Below, piece after piece: positions 49,748 through 59,717 of a stretch of 64,000 nucleotides of DNA. The stretch's first letter is position 1. Each line of letters opens with the position of its first letter. The DNA is from Nemertoderma westbladi (lineage: Eukaryota > Animalia > Xenacoelomorpha), in assembly GCA_032718475.1 (NCBI GenBank), contig JAUCBJ010000488.1:68710-132709 (forward strand). Direction: 5' to 3'. The position numbers and the translations under genes were made by a program. The notes under the pieces were generated by a model, which saw nothing but the letters and a program-made list of their open reading frames with translations, made no database searches and was not told where the DNA came from.

Positions 49748-49864
49748 CTGCAACGACCCTCCACCACAAAATTCCATGCAAATCCACAATTTCTCCTTCC
49801 GTAAATAACTTCCGAAATAGGCAACTATATTCTTGTGCGTGCAGTCCTTCATCATTATAATTTC
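49748..49864 (-). CDS. MAP4K3/5: MAP4K3/5-like kinase, coding exon 2
   Basis: Manual translation [39 protein letters not shown]. Acceptor TTATAG|, donor CAG|GTTGGT, in frame with exon 1. Confidence 0.93.
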
Positions 49865-51264
49865 CTATAACAGATTATAATAAATATGTAGGAACCGGAT
49901 ATAGGCGGTTAATCGATTATTGTTAAACTCTAAGCCTAAGGTACACACTACTGCGCTGCCGAGCTAACATACGACACCGGATGGTTGGTGGATATAACAG
50001 TGAGCGAAATATTCGCTAATATTGTTGGTGACCTTTGAGATGCTACAGGGATGAACATTAACCAATCATTGGAAGGCAGTGGTTGCCACCGTGGCCTTAC
50101 CCTAGCCACCCTAGCGAGACAATCAAGATATTTGCCCTCCGTATCCAGCGGGAATAAACATTTTGCCCACATTTTTTTTAAACGTCAAAAGTAGAATGAA
50201 ATAGGCCTATATCTGATCCGATCTTTTTTCAATGCTTTCTAACCAAAACAATAAACGAGAGTCTATGGCACAGGTAACAGTACCGGTATCATTTTTGTTC
50301 ATATTAAATTGTCGGCTAATGAAATAATGAACTAGGCATAGCAGCTGTGAGGTATAGTTGGTGTGGCATATAGGCCCAATGAAAAACGAAAATAAAACAA
50401 AACCGATAAAAATAAAACGAAATTTAATTTGTTTGGTTCCATCACTTCCATGACATTTCATTTCAGTGCCGAATTATTTACCATCAGCGGTGTTCACTGC
50501 TGACGACAACACCCTCTTTACTTTGTGCTGCTTCCGTCCCCGCCTCAATCATCAATGATGTCAGTTTGCTGATTCACTGTAAAGGATCCTGGAAAGACTC
50601 AATGAATACTACCCACTTTGACAGCCTTGGGAATCCGTTATGGTTACCATGACAACAATTATATTACAGTATTATCAGATTATGATAAGACAAGACCCTG
50701 GTTTTTTTTACATATATTTTAAAACCTACAGTACTGCAGTATGTATAATTAGTATTTTATTAACCCACATTGGTGCCTTGAATGTGCAGTGTTCTGTTCA
50801 CATAATATCATGTGTTCTATATTTTACTTATCTTGAATGTGCATTTCTAATGATATTTAGGACTAATTTTAATATGGATTCGTCATTATAATTATTTCAA
50901 TTTCAATGACATGCCCTCTGAATGTAACATGACCCGTGCTGTCGTGGCCCCTCCCTTTGACACTTGGCCTTGGGGGGCCATGCGCCGGATGTCGGGCCCC
51001 CCTTTGGGAACCACTGAACCACTGCAGCAATTCACCAGGAAGCAAGATTAATTCGATATGAATTAACCTGCTATATCCTTACTGCCATAAACATGAAACA
51101 CACGGCAGTGAGGTTGAGTTGACCAAGTCGATAGGACAGGCCTACCAGCCTACTGCTGTACCGGCACTGTAGGGATCGACCGAATTATTCGGTCCGATTT
51201 TTTTTTCAAATTCGGTTCGGTTCCGGTTCTACTGCTAAAATAGAGTGTTTGTTCCGTTGTTTAC

Positions 51265-51459
51265 CTGCTGAATAATTGCGAAGTCATCACCAGGCTCGAG
51301 TTTTATAACCTTTATAGCAGCCAATTCACCAGTTTTTTTGCGTTTCGCTTTATAGACGTCGCCATAAGTGCCACTACCTATCCGTTGCATTAACTCGAGG
51401 TCATTATAAGGGTTATGTCGAAATATCTCGACCGTGGGTTGGATGTTCATCATCATCAT
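51265..51459 (-). CDS. MAP4K3/5: GCK-I family STE20 kinase (MAP4K3/MAP4K5/happyhour-like), coding exon 1
   Basis: MMMMNIQ...RIGSGTYGDVYKA...AAIKVIKLEPGDDFAIIQQ contains the Gly-rich loop and catalytic Lys. Donor CAG|GTAAAC, phase 0. Which of the four ATGs is the start is uncertain. Confidence 0.92.
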
Positions 51460-52374
51460 TCAGTATTCAATTATTCATGGATTGGACGACCGCTACTGAA
51501 CTGATACTGTGATATACGGTAGGCTATCTATCAGTATATAGGCAGATAGAACTATGCAGCCTATCTGTCCAAGTTTAGACGTGAGTTGTTCAGTTGTTGT
51601 TAAAACCTTAAAAGTTATGACAGTATGATCCAGACCAGCAACCAGCAGACCAGTGCGAGTGCAGCAGTGTTTAAAGTCGCCGACAGGATGCGCTGAACCT
51701 AGCACGATCAGGCGTTTCATTCAGGCTGCAGGCCTACGCCCCCACCTCGCCCTGCTGCCTACAAACCAAATACCGGTACCGGTTAGTGAAATACTGAAAT
51801 AGGCCTACAAGGAATAGGACTACAAGCACTGAAGCAAGCAGACCACAGACTGGCAGAAAAGTCTGCAAGTACTGAAGTACAGAAGTAGTGCAGTTGTTAT
51901 ACCAGTACAGCAGTATGCAGTATACAGCTACAGCCAAGCCAGACAGCTGCAATGATTTGGTAATTTACAGATTGTATAGTTTGTTGCAGTACTCGTACAG
52001 TCGTACTGTAGACCACTTAAGTACTATACAATCAATCAAACAAGGCACTGTCAATTAAACAAGCTGACAAGTACGGTAGGAAGCCATGCAACTGCCATAG
52101 CCGCAATATCAACTGCAATATGATAATTTGCGAAAACAAAAGCAATAGTAACACAAGTAAAAGTAATAAAAACGTCCAACGCAACAATTACCTGATGTAT
52201 TGATCTATTATTATTCATTTATCTAAAATCACCGTAATCATTTATTACAAATAATAAAATAATAATTAAGTAATTGTGGTGGGGTGGAATGACGGTGTAT
52301 CAAAAATTAAAAATTTACAGTAAATATATATAAATGCGCTCTGTACATAGCGAAAAATATCAACCGAACGTATT

Positions 52375-52450
52375 GGGGTTCGATCCCGGTACCTACCTAC
52401 ACTAGGTTTCAAATTCCGGTTATCTTCCGTCAGCCGCTGAGCTAATAGGA
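52375..52450 (-). mobile_element. tRNA-derived SINE-like head (degenerate)
   Basis: Minus strand reads TAGCTCAGCGG (A box)...GGATCGAACCC (B-box-like). It is similar in inverted orientation to 52613-52667. Confidence 0.45.
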
Positions 52451-52612
52451 TGGAATAACGTTGTTGTACTGTTAGACTTTTCTTGCCGATAGTACTTTCT
52501 TTTGAGTGATATAGATAAAAGATCAACAAATTAATATCCCACTCTATAGCGAATAAATTTCTTCATTCGCCCTGGTGGTTCGCGTTCTGCGGTCTTCGAC
52601 ACAACACCAACA

Positions 52613-52667
52613 GAGCTGAAGATACCCGGAGTTTAGAAACCTGCAGTAGGTACCGGGTTCGACTCCC
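52613..52667 (+). mobile_element. Second, inverted, partial copy of the same SINE-like head
   Basis: GAAGATACCCGGAGTTTAGAAACCTGCAGTAGGTACCGGGTTCGACTCCC aligns with the reverse complement of 52376-52428. It contains a B box, GGTTCGACTCC. Confidence 0.45.
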
Positions 52668-52735
52668 ATATATGTAGGTTTGGCTGATAGTTCACACACT
52701 ATGAAGAGTGTTATAATTCAAATATATTATAAATA

Positions 52736-52808
52736 AGCGCCATGGTGTAGTGGTCAGCCATACCTGAACGTTTATCGGTAGACGCGTGTTCGATCCCCGC
52801 TGGTGGCG
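52736..52808 (+). pseudogene. tRNA-like element (tRNA pseudogene or tRNA-derived SINE head)
   Basis: A box TGGTGTAGTGG, pairable D arm, T arm GCGTG-TTCGATC-CCCGC and a downstream T run are present. The acceptor stem is mismatched and the anticodon loop is non-canonical (no U33 or purine 37). Confidence 0.55.
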
Positions 52809-53475
52809 AATTCATTTTTTCCGCTCCATTTGCTATACAGTTGGGTCATCCTAAGTCCTGTTTAAATTACTTAATAATTTATACAATCTATGGATGTTAA
52901 AATCACATAAACAATAAAATAAAATAATGTTAATAAATTGTGTTAGAGTGAGGTGGTCAAATATTTTTCTCTGAAATTGTTTCACTTTGTATGACCGCTA
53001 TATGACCTGCACAGTTGGCCAAAAATCGGTAATAAGTAAAATAAGTAATAAGTAAATAATCGGTGTATCAACGTACAGGGATAGTATTAACAGTTCCGTT
53101 TCAGATGTTGTGTTTCAGATATCAAACAGGTCTACGTCTTACAGTACGGTAACTCCAACAAATTACGGCTAGAGTTCCGTATGCAGTCGCATTTGATATT
53201 GATCTCAAAATTAATGACAAAAATTATAGTTTGCACACTCTTTTGGGGCATGGTACATACAGTATATTAAAACGTGCTGAAATGCACTTTGAAATGCACA
53301 GGGATGACCGAGTTATTTGGTTCGGTACCGAATTTTGCCGAATACAGTAGGTCTATGGCATATTTGATTCGGGCCGAAATTTAAAATTTGGTTTGCCGAT
53401 TAATAATAATTGGATCCAAGCGCCCCGCCCCCTCTCGTGACACCTCTGATTACTAATTACTCTTACCTATATCCA

Positions 53476-53989
53476 GCAGTCTGCAGTTCCATAGTCTGCC
53501 ACTAGAGGGCGTATTATCTGAAAATTAACATCTTCTCTTAACAATCTTTGCAGATTTACAATCCGCAAAACTATGAAGCCATATTGCTTAAGAGTTCTGA
53601 GGGGCGAGCCATGAGGCAAGATGTTTGAGACTTTTTTAGATATATTATTACTTAATTTTGACCCCCCAGTCGGTATCTATTACAATGTAGGCTATATCTT
53701 TTACGGAGTTGCAGAGTAGGCTGAAGTTCCCCAGTCTGCCGCAAGAGGGCGTATTATTTGAAAATTAACACCTTCTCTAACTTTGTTATTTACAATCCGC
53801 AAAACTATGAAGCTATATTGCTTAGGATTTCTGAGGGGCGAGCTATGAGGCAAGATGTTTGAGACTTATTTAGATATAGTATTACTTAATTTTGACCCCC
53901 CGCAGTTGGTATCTATTATACAATATAGGCTATATATTTTGCGGAGTCACAGAGTAGTCTGAAGTTCCCCAGTCTGCCGCTAGTGGGCG
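53476..53989. repeat. ~240-bp tandem repeat, about 2.1 copies
   Basis: AGTCTGCCRCWAGWGGGCG anchors recur at about 53498, 53738 and 53976. The intervening sequence (TTTACAATCCGCAAAACTATGAAG...TGAGGCAAGATGTTTGAGAC) is duplicated. Confidence 0.9.
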
Positions 53990-54267
53990 AAATGTCTCAA
54001 AGTGAAAACCATACAGTAGCCATGAATTGGTTACTAGGCAATAATACTGCATTTTGCAAAATTTGGCCTATTGCTGACCGAACGAAAACTGCCCTGGTCG
54101 ATGCAGGGATCCCATGACCTACGGGAGATGTGAATTCAACGCAACCACTACACCAAGGTGGAATAGTAACGTTCGAATTTGTTCGTTGACGTTCGAATTT
54201 GTAAGACTCTGATTTAAGACCTGAGGCACTCCTATGCCTCACTGAGGCACAGACTATGCCTCACTGA

Positions 54268-55595
54268 TCGCGAGATAAATGATTAACTCGCGAGAAAATT
54301 ATCAAACTCGCGAGAAAATTATTAAACTCGCGAGAAAATCATTAAACTCGCGAGAAAAATGATTAAACTCGCGAGAAAATAATTCATATCGCGAGATAAA
54401 TTATTTAACTCGCGAGAAATTAATTAATCTCGCGAGATAAATGATTAAACTCGCGAGAAATTAATTAATCTCGCGAGATAAATGAGTAGACTCGCGAGAA
54501 AATAATTAATCTCGCGAGATAAATGATTAAACTCGCGAGAAAATAATTAAACTCGCGAGATAAATTATTAAACTCGCGAGAAATTAATTAATCTCGCGAG
54601 ATAAATGATTAAACTCGCGAGAAATTAATTAATCTCGCGAGATAAATTATTAAACTCGCTAGAAATTAATTAATCTCGCGAGATAAATTATTAAACTCGC
54701 GAGAAATTAATTAATCTCGCGAGATAAATGATTAGACTCGCGAGAAAATAATTAATCTCGCGAGATAAATTATTAAACTCGCGAGAAATTAATTAATCTC
54801 GCGAGATAAATTATTAAACTCGCGAGAAATTAATTAATCTCGCGAGATAAATGATTAGACTCGCGAGAAAATAATTAATCTCGCGAGATAAATTATTAAA
54901 CTCGCGAGAAAATCATTAAACTCGCGAGAAAAATGATTAAATTCTCGAGAAAATAATTAATATCGCGAGATAAATTATTAAACTCGCGAGAAATTAATTA
55001 ATCTCGCGAGATAAATGATTAAACTCGCGAGAAATTAATTAATCTCGCGAGATAAATGAGTAGACTCGCGAGAAAATAATTAATCTCGCGAGATAAATGA
55101 TTAAACTCGCGAGAAAATAATTAAACTCGCGAGATAAATTATTAAACTCGCGAGAAATTAATTAATCTCGCGAGATAAATGATTAAACTCGCGAGAAATT
55201 AATTAATCTCGCGAGATAAATTATTAAACTCGCGAGAAATTAATTAATCTCGCGAGATAAATTATTAAACTCGCGAGAAATTAATTAAACTCGCGAGAAA
55301 ATAATTAAACTCGCGAGAAAATAATTAATCTCGCGAGATAAAAGATTAAACTCGCGAGATAAATGATTAAACTCGCGAGAAAATAATTAATATCGCGAGA
55401 TAAATTATTAAACTCGCGAGATAAAAGATTAAACTCGCGAGATAAATGATTAAACTCGCGAGAAAATAATTAAACTCTCGAGAATATAATTAATCTCGCG
55501 AGATAAATGATTAAACTCGCGAGAAAATAATTAATCTCGCGAGATAAATTATTAAACTCGCGAGAAAAATACACATCTCGCGAAAAAAATCGCGA
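54268..55595 (+). repeat. ~21-bp minisatellite with palindromic CTCGCGAG core (~42-bp dimer), left arm, about 60 units
   Basis: Units such as AAACTCGCGAGAAATTAATTAATCTCGCGAGATAAATGATT. An internal ~574-bp duplication is marked by AATGAGTAGACTCG at about 54481 and 55055. Confidence 0.97.
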
Positions 55596-55828
55596 TTGGC
55601 TGTTAATTGGGACAGTAGGAAACGGCCATCCAATAGCAGCAGAGGAAATACCCTTATAGGTGCAATAGGGATATATATATAATAGGTATTAAATAGGCCT
55701 TCTTTCTATATCATTCATTTCAGCATACCGTAACCTCTGCCTCCTGTCTGTATTAAGGGGCGTCGTGTCGAGTTTAGGGAAGCATGTTTGTTTAAATGTA
55801 TACGTTAATACGTAGCATGTTTGTTATT

Positions 55829-56124
55829 TTCTCGCGAATTTAATCATTTTTCTAGCGAGTTTAATAATTTATCTCGAGATATTAATTATTTTCTCGCGAG
55901 TTTAATCATTTATCTCGCGAGTTTAATTAATTTCTCGCGAGTTTAATCATTTATCTCGCGAAATTAATTATTTTTTCGCGAGTTTAATCATTTATCTCGC
56001 GAGATTTATAATTGTCTAGCGAATTTAATCATTTTTCTCGCGAGTTTAATGATTTTCTCGCGAGTTTGATAATTTTCTCGCGAGTTTGATAATTTTCTCG
56101 CGAGTTTAATCATTTATCTCGCGA
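55829..56124 (-). repeat. Inverted copy of the CTCGCGAG minisatellite, right arm, about 14 units
   Basis: Spacers are the reverse complement of the left-arm spacers (TTTAATCATTTATCTCGCGAG). Confidence 0.95.
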
Positions 56125-56666
56125 CTAAATTCAGAAGAATATCAAGGGGAATTAAAATGTCGAATAAAAATACTAAAAGTATGCCATAGTATACCAGTAC
56201 AGTACATCAGAAAATCAACGGGCTTTGGAACTTCGAAAAATTGTCAAGTGGGTGTACTGAAACAGATTTACCCGAAAATGCCGGTTGTTTATCAGTTTGT
56301 AAATTGCGACAATATAGTCTCTGCGACTATAAAATCAATTAAACACGCCATCGAAATAAATTAAAAAGCACAGCCATATATTTATAAGGTGTAATAAGCA
56401 CATTAGGGGAGCACAAGTTAATCTAAATTGTTTTATTAATATTAATATTTTGTGAAAATAGAATAGATTGTAAGGCAAAGTTAGCTTTGTTCCAAGGGAT
56501 GGCAAAACTGCAGCACAATAAATCAATTTTAAACAATTGCCATTAAACAAGGTATAAATAAAAATTGCATTTAACTAGTAATCAATTGGACAGTTAATTT
56601 ATTTAATAGTAACTAAGTAGGGAAATTATTACAACAACGAAGTCGGTTAGATAATTTATAATTTAC

Positions 56667-59147
56667 TTATAAAGATGAAACAATAGGAGGTCTAAATTCA
56701 ATACTCGTGTAAAATAGAATGTAACTAGCGTTAGTGGAAACTGAAGATTGGTTGATGTTCGAAACATCTTGATCGTCGAATTTATACCAGTTACCATTGT
56801 GTGAGTGTCTACAATGGGCGATGTAGTGGCCTCCGTCGATGTTACCGTAGTGGTTGGACACGGCGTATAGACTGTATTCGGGCGCCCGCGGTCTTGGCCC
56901 CACCACCCAGGAGCCCACGTTCATTCGAGCCGCCACCGGGAACTTCACGTTAGTCGAGAGTTTCTCGCGCCACATACCAGAGTAGGAGAACCGCTTGAGA
57001 TGTATAAGCAACACGGGGGGAACACGCCATATCTCCATGCGCTTACGGGCCTCGCGCTCGCGCTTACAGACGGGGCAGCGCCACGGCACCGATTCGGGCT
57101 GGGCGAACAGTCTAAGGCAATCGTCGAGACTGCAGGAACCCCGTCCCGATGGCAACGGGAGACTCAGATACATAAACGTATCGAACGTGGCGCTAGTCTT
57201 CCCGCAGGTCGTGCAGACGAGACTGGATTTGTACTGACCCTGAAACAGAGAGACCATGATGGACTCGTTGACCAGTTTGTAGTTCATCCAGGTCGCTTTC
57301 GCGGCCTCGACATCGCTTCTCCCTGCGAGATCATCTAAAGGAGTCGCAGATTTACGATCAGCCACATTCAGATCTTCGTGAAGTCCATCGAGTAGAAACA
57401 ATAGAAACTCTTGCGAGTCCTGTTGCTCGAAACCACCGAACTGCGGCGCATACTTAGCCACGGCTCGCTTAAAGTCTATCGGGGATAAAGATTTATAGTT
57501 TCCGGCCCATAACGCTTTCATTATTATGGAATATTCCAAGGCGATTTCGCCCTTGGAGCCGCCGAATCGACGTCTTGCTTCCGAGAGGTCCGAGGCGCAG
57601 TGGGAACTAGTCATGTAGGTGGATAACGGGGTCGTGTGGCACAGACACTGGATAATCGAGTTGAGGAAACACGTGTTCCCGAAGTTCTTGAGACCGCAGA
57701 GTCCGGGTCTTCCACCGTACACCGGACTCATTGTCCGGAGACGGGCCGCCGTGAGCAGCCCGAAGGTGGTGGTCAGGGGGGCGGCGGGGGCGGGGGACGG
57801 GGCGACGGGGGGCGGCTTTACCTCGCGGTCCACCGCAGGGGGGGTGGAAGTCTCTTCCGAGTCCGCGAGTTTGTGCAGGTTCGGGATTGATAACGAGCGT
57901 TTTAACGAGGTAGACGAGGCGGTTAGCGAGCTGGGAGAGTCGGATAGCGGAATAAAACGGGAGGTCCCGCTGCTAGCGGGTTTTGGCGCGGCGTTGTCCG
58001 CCACCATTAGGGGGCGCGGCAGGGGTTTACCAGAATCTACGGTAATGAGGTCTTTGCTCGACGGTTTTGGGGCTACTGGCCGTGCGGGCGGGTCCGACTT
58101 CTTTACTGGTGATTTGGGAGCGGTGGCTTTGTCGTGTGTCGTGACTCCCTTCTCGGGGACGGCTGTTCCACTGCCGGGAGGTACAGTGAGGCCTCTCTGG
58201 GCGCCCGATGGTGCCTCTGGTGGCCGAGTGGCTCCCTTGTGGCTGTCTGGTGGCCCAGTGGGCCCCTTGTGGGCCGCCCCAGTGGTCCCTCCGTTAACCC
58301 CAACCGATTTCCCCTCACCCCTCGCAGCCACCGAACTCGGTTTACTAATTCTCGCGTCCAACTCCTTCCGCAGACGAAGCAACTCCGCGTCTTTAGCGAG
58401 CGACTCGCGTTCGATCATTCGCAGCCTCTCCTCGGCGGAGTCCCGCTGAGACGACGCATCGTTGCTAGGTAACTCGCAGGGAGAGGCCTCGTTGCTAGGC
58501 AACACACGAGGACTAGACTCACCATTCACATCGACGGAGGACCGCGGGAGCGACTTTACCGGTTTAGTTTTCCGATCGGGGACGACGGGAATCTGTTTGA
58601 CGACTTTCGCTGAGTCGACCGGCGTTTCCAGGTCGTTGGGAGGCGTCTTCGGTTGCGTAGCTACGGGTTTCGGTTGCGTAGCTTCGGGTTTCGGTTGCGT
58701 AGCTTCGGGTTTCGGTTGCGTAGCTTCGGGTTTCGGTTGCGTAGTTTCGGGTTTCGGTTGTGTCGCGGCAGCTTTCGGGCGGGGTAGAACCGGGTACAAC
58801 GATTTATGTTCGTCGGACTGGCGATCTGTGGATATAGAGTTGATCATCTTGTCTTCTTCGTCGAGAAGAACCGTCGACTTATCCGGCATCAAGGGCTTCC
58901 GATTGGGTTTCGGGTTGGTCGTGTAGTTCGGGAGTTGGAAGAGCCACGAAGCGTAGCCGCCCTCGAGGACGACAGGCGGACGACGGAGGTTGAGGGAGAA
59001 GTCGAAGTCGATGTCGGGATGGGTGGGGTTCGCGTGGACGCCGACCCGCTGTCGGTGGAGCACCCGAGAGAGGATGGAGACTGGGGAATCCGGGAGGCGC
59101 AGCTGTTTGGTCGAGGAATACCAGTCCATCAGAACGACTAGATCAAC
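56667..59147 (-). CDS. USP8: Ubiquitin carboxyl-terminal hydrolase 8 (USP8/UBPY), coding exon 2: rhodanese C-terminal half, linker and USP catalytic domain
   Basis: Rhodanese VDLVVLMDWYSS...PVVLEGGYASW, Cys box GLKNFGNTCFLNSIIQCL, QQDSQEFL, His box YAVSNHYGNIDGGHYIA...WYKFDD, stop TAA. The acceptor TTAAG| at 59147 adds six codons ahead of the ORF-track Met, phase 0. Confidence 0.95.
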   Translation of the reverse strand, partial: VDLVVLMDWYSSTKQLRLPDSPVSILSRVLHRQRVGVHANPTHPDIDFDFSLNLRRPPVVLEGGYASWLFQLPNYTTNPKPNRKPLMPDKSTVLLDEEDKMINSISTDRQSDEHKSLYPVLPRPKAAATQPKPETTQPKPEATQPKPEATQPKPEATQPKPVATQPKTPPNDLETPVDSAKVVKQIPVVPDRKTKPVKSLPRSSVDVNGESSPRVLPSNEASPCELPSNDASSQRDSAEERLRMIERESLAKDAELLRLRKELDARISKPSSVAARGEGKSVGVNGGTTGAAHKGPTGPPDSHKGATRPPEAPSGAQRGLTVPPGSGTAVPEKGVTTHDKATAPKSPVKKSDPPARPVAPKPSSKDLITVDSGKPLPRPLMVADNAAPKPASSGTSRFIPLSDSPSSLTASSTSLKRSLSIPNLHKLADSEETSTPPAVDREVKPPPVAPSPAPAAPLTTTFGLLTAARLRTMSPVYGGRPGLCGLKNFGNTCFLNSIIQCLCHTTPLSTYMTSSHCASDLSEARRRFGGSKGEIALEYSIIMKALWAGNYKSLSPIDFKRAVAKYAPQFGGFEQQDSQEFLLFLLDGLHEDLNVADRKSATPLDDLAGRSDVEAAKATWMNYKLVNESIMVSLFQGQYKSSLVCTTCGKTSATFDTFMYLSLPLPSGRGSCSLDDCLRLFAQPESVPWRCPVCKREREARKRMEIWRVPPVLLIHLKRFSYSGMWREKLSTNVKFPVAARMNVGSWVVGPRPRAPEYSLYAVSNHYGNIDGGHYIAHCRHSHNGNWYKFDDQDVSNINQSSVSTNASYILFYTSIEFRPPIVSSL
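58648..58762 (-). repeat. 21-bp coding minisatellite in USP8 encoding (TQPKPE[A/T])x~5.5
   Basis: TTCGGTTGCGTAGCTTCGGGT repeats on the + strand and matches the peptide repeat in the ORF. Confidence 0.95.
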
Positions 59148-59579
59148 CTTAATAATAATAATAAATATAAATAATTTATTTAAAATAATAAGTAATAACT
59201 CTTAATGTAATTAATTTAATTAATTAATGCCGGTAATAATTTTATTAATTGATAACAAAATTATTTAATAAAAATAATTAAAATTAATTTAAATAATTAA
59301 TTTTGCAATTATTTATAATTAGTAATTATTATCTGTACTGATTTAAATAGTTAAGAATGTAACCAAAAATATACAGAAATTGCACTGCCCATTCATAACC
59401 CATTTTCAAATTTTCTATACAATAAAAAAGTGATCGGTGAACCTGTGAAACACGAACGAGGTCGCCACGCGCCACACTAACTCCCAAAGTTGAACTCTCC
59501 GTAAATATCCCACACTTTCTTTACTCCTCAATCAGTAACCAGACTGTTCTCATGGCACCGACTACCGATGCGTTTGCAA

Positions 59580-59717
59580 AAATGTATAAAGTGTCTTGCT
59601 TACGGACTCAACAGTGCGAAATTTCTACAGCCTTTAGTCGGATTTGAACCTGCGTCGCCAAACATATTGTGATTGTGAAGCAGATCAGGCGCCGTATCCA
59701 CTCGGACACAGCGACAC
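59580..59717 (-). mobile_element. tRNA-derived SINE (Leu/Ser-like head) in the USP8 intron; 3' extent uncertain
   Basis: Minus strand reads GTGTCGCTGTGTCCGAGTGG (A box)...GCAGGTTCAAATCC (B box), then GAGTCCGTAAGCAAGACACTTTA, which resembles the CORE-SINE motif GACCTTGGGCAAGTCACTTAA. Confidence 0.55.

Larger units (their letters stand above)
54268..56124. mobile_element. Foldback-like non-autonomous DNA element: internally repetitive inverted arms around a ~230-bp non-coding loop
   Basis: The order of variant units at the two outer ends matches colinearly in reverse complement for more than 100 bp. No transposase and no clear TSD were seen. Confidence 0.55.

Noticed and set aside
49584-49787. 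67-aa hydrophobic ORF
   Set aside because: It is an out-of-frame read across MAP4K exon 2, intron 2 and exon 3.
49948-50891. Three short ORFs (74, 84 and 83 aa)
   Set aside because: They lie within MAP4K intron 1, show no recognisable motifs, and have composition typical of chance ORFs.
52736-52808. Functional tRNA gene
   Set aside because: The acceptor stem has terminal mismatches, the T stem has a mismatch, and the anticodon loop is non-canonical.
50040-53400. hAT-like MITE ends (CAGGGATG at ~50046 and ~53299, TAGGGATCG at ~51170)
   Set aside because: I could not find matching partner TIRs or TSDs, so they are not supportable as elements.
51493-56550. Short intergenic ORFs (51493, 51734, 52266, 53997, 56335)
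   Set aside because: No domain similarity or splice support; they overlap promoter, repeat or UTR sequence.
56995-59205. Antisense and alternative-frame ORFs up to 276 aa over USP8 exon 2
   Set aside because: These are shadow ORFs expected from GC-rich coding sequence, with no independent motifs.
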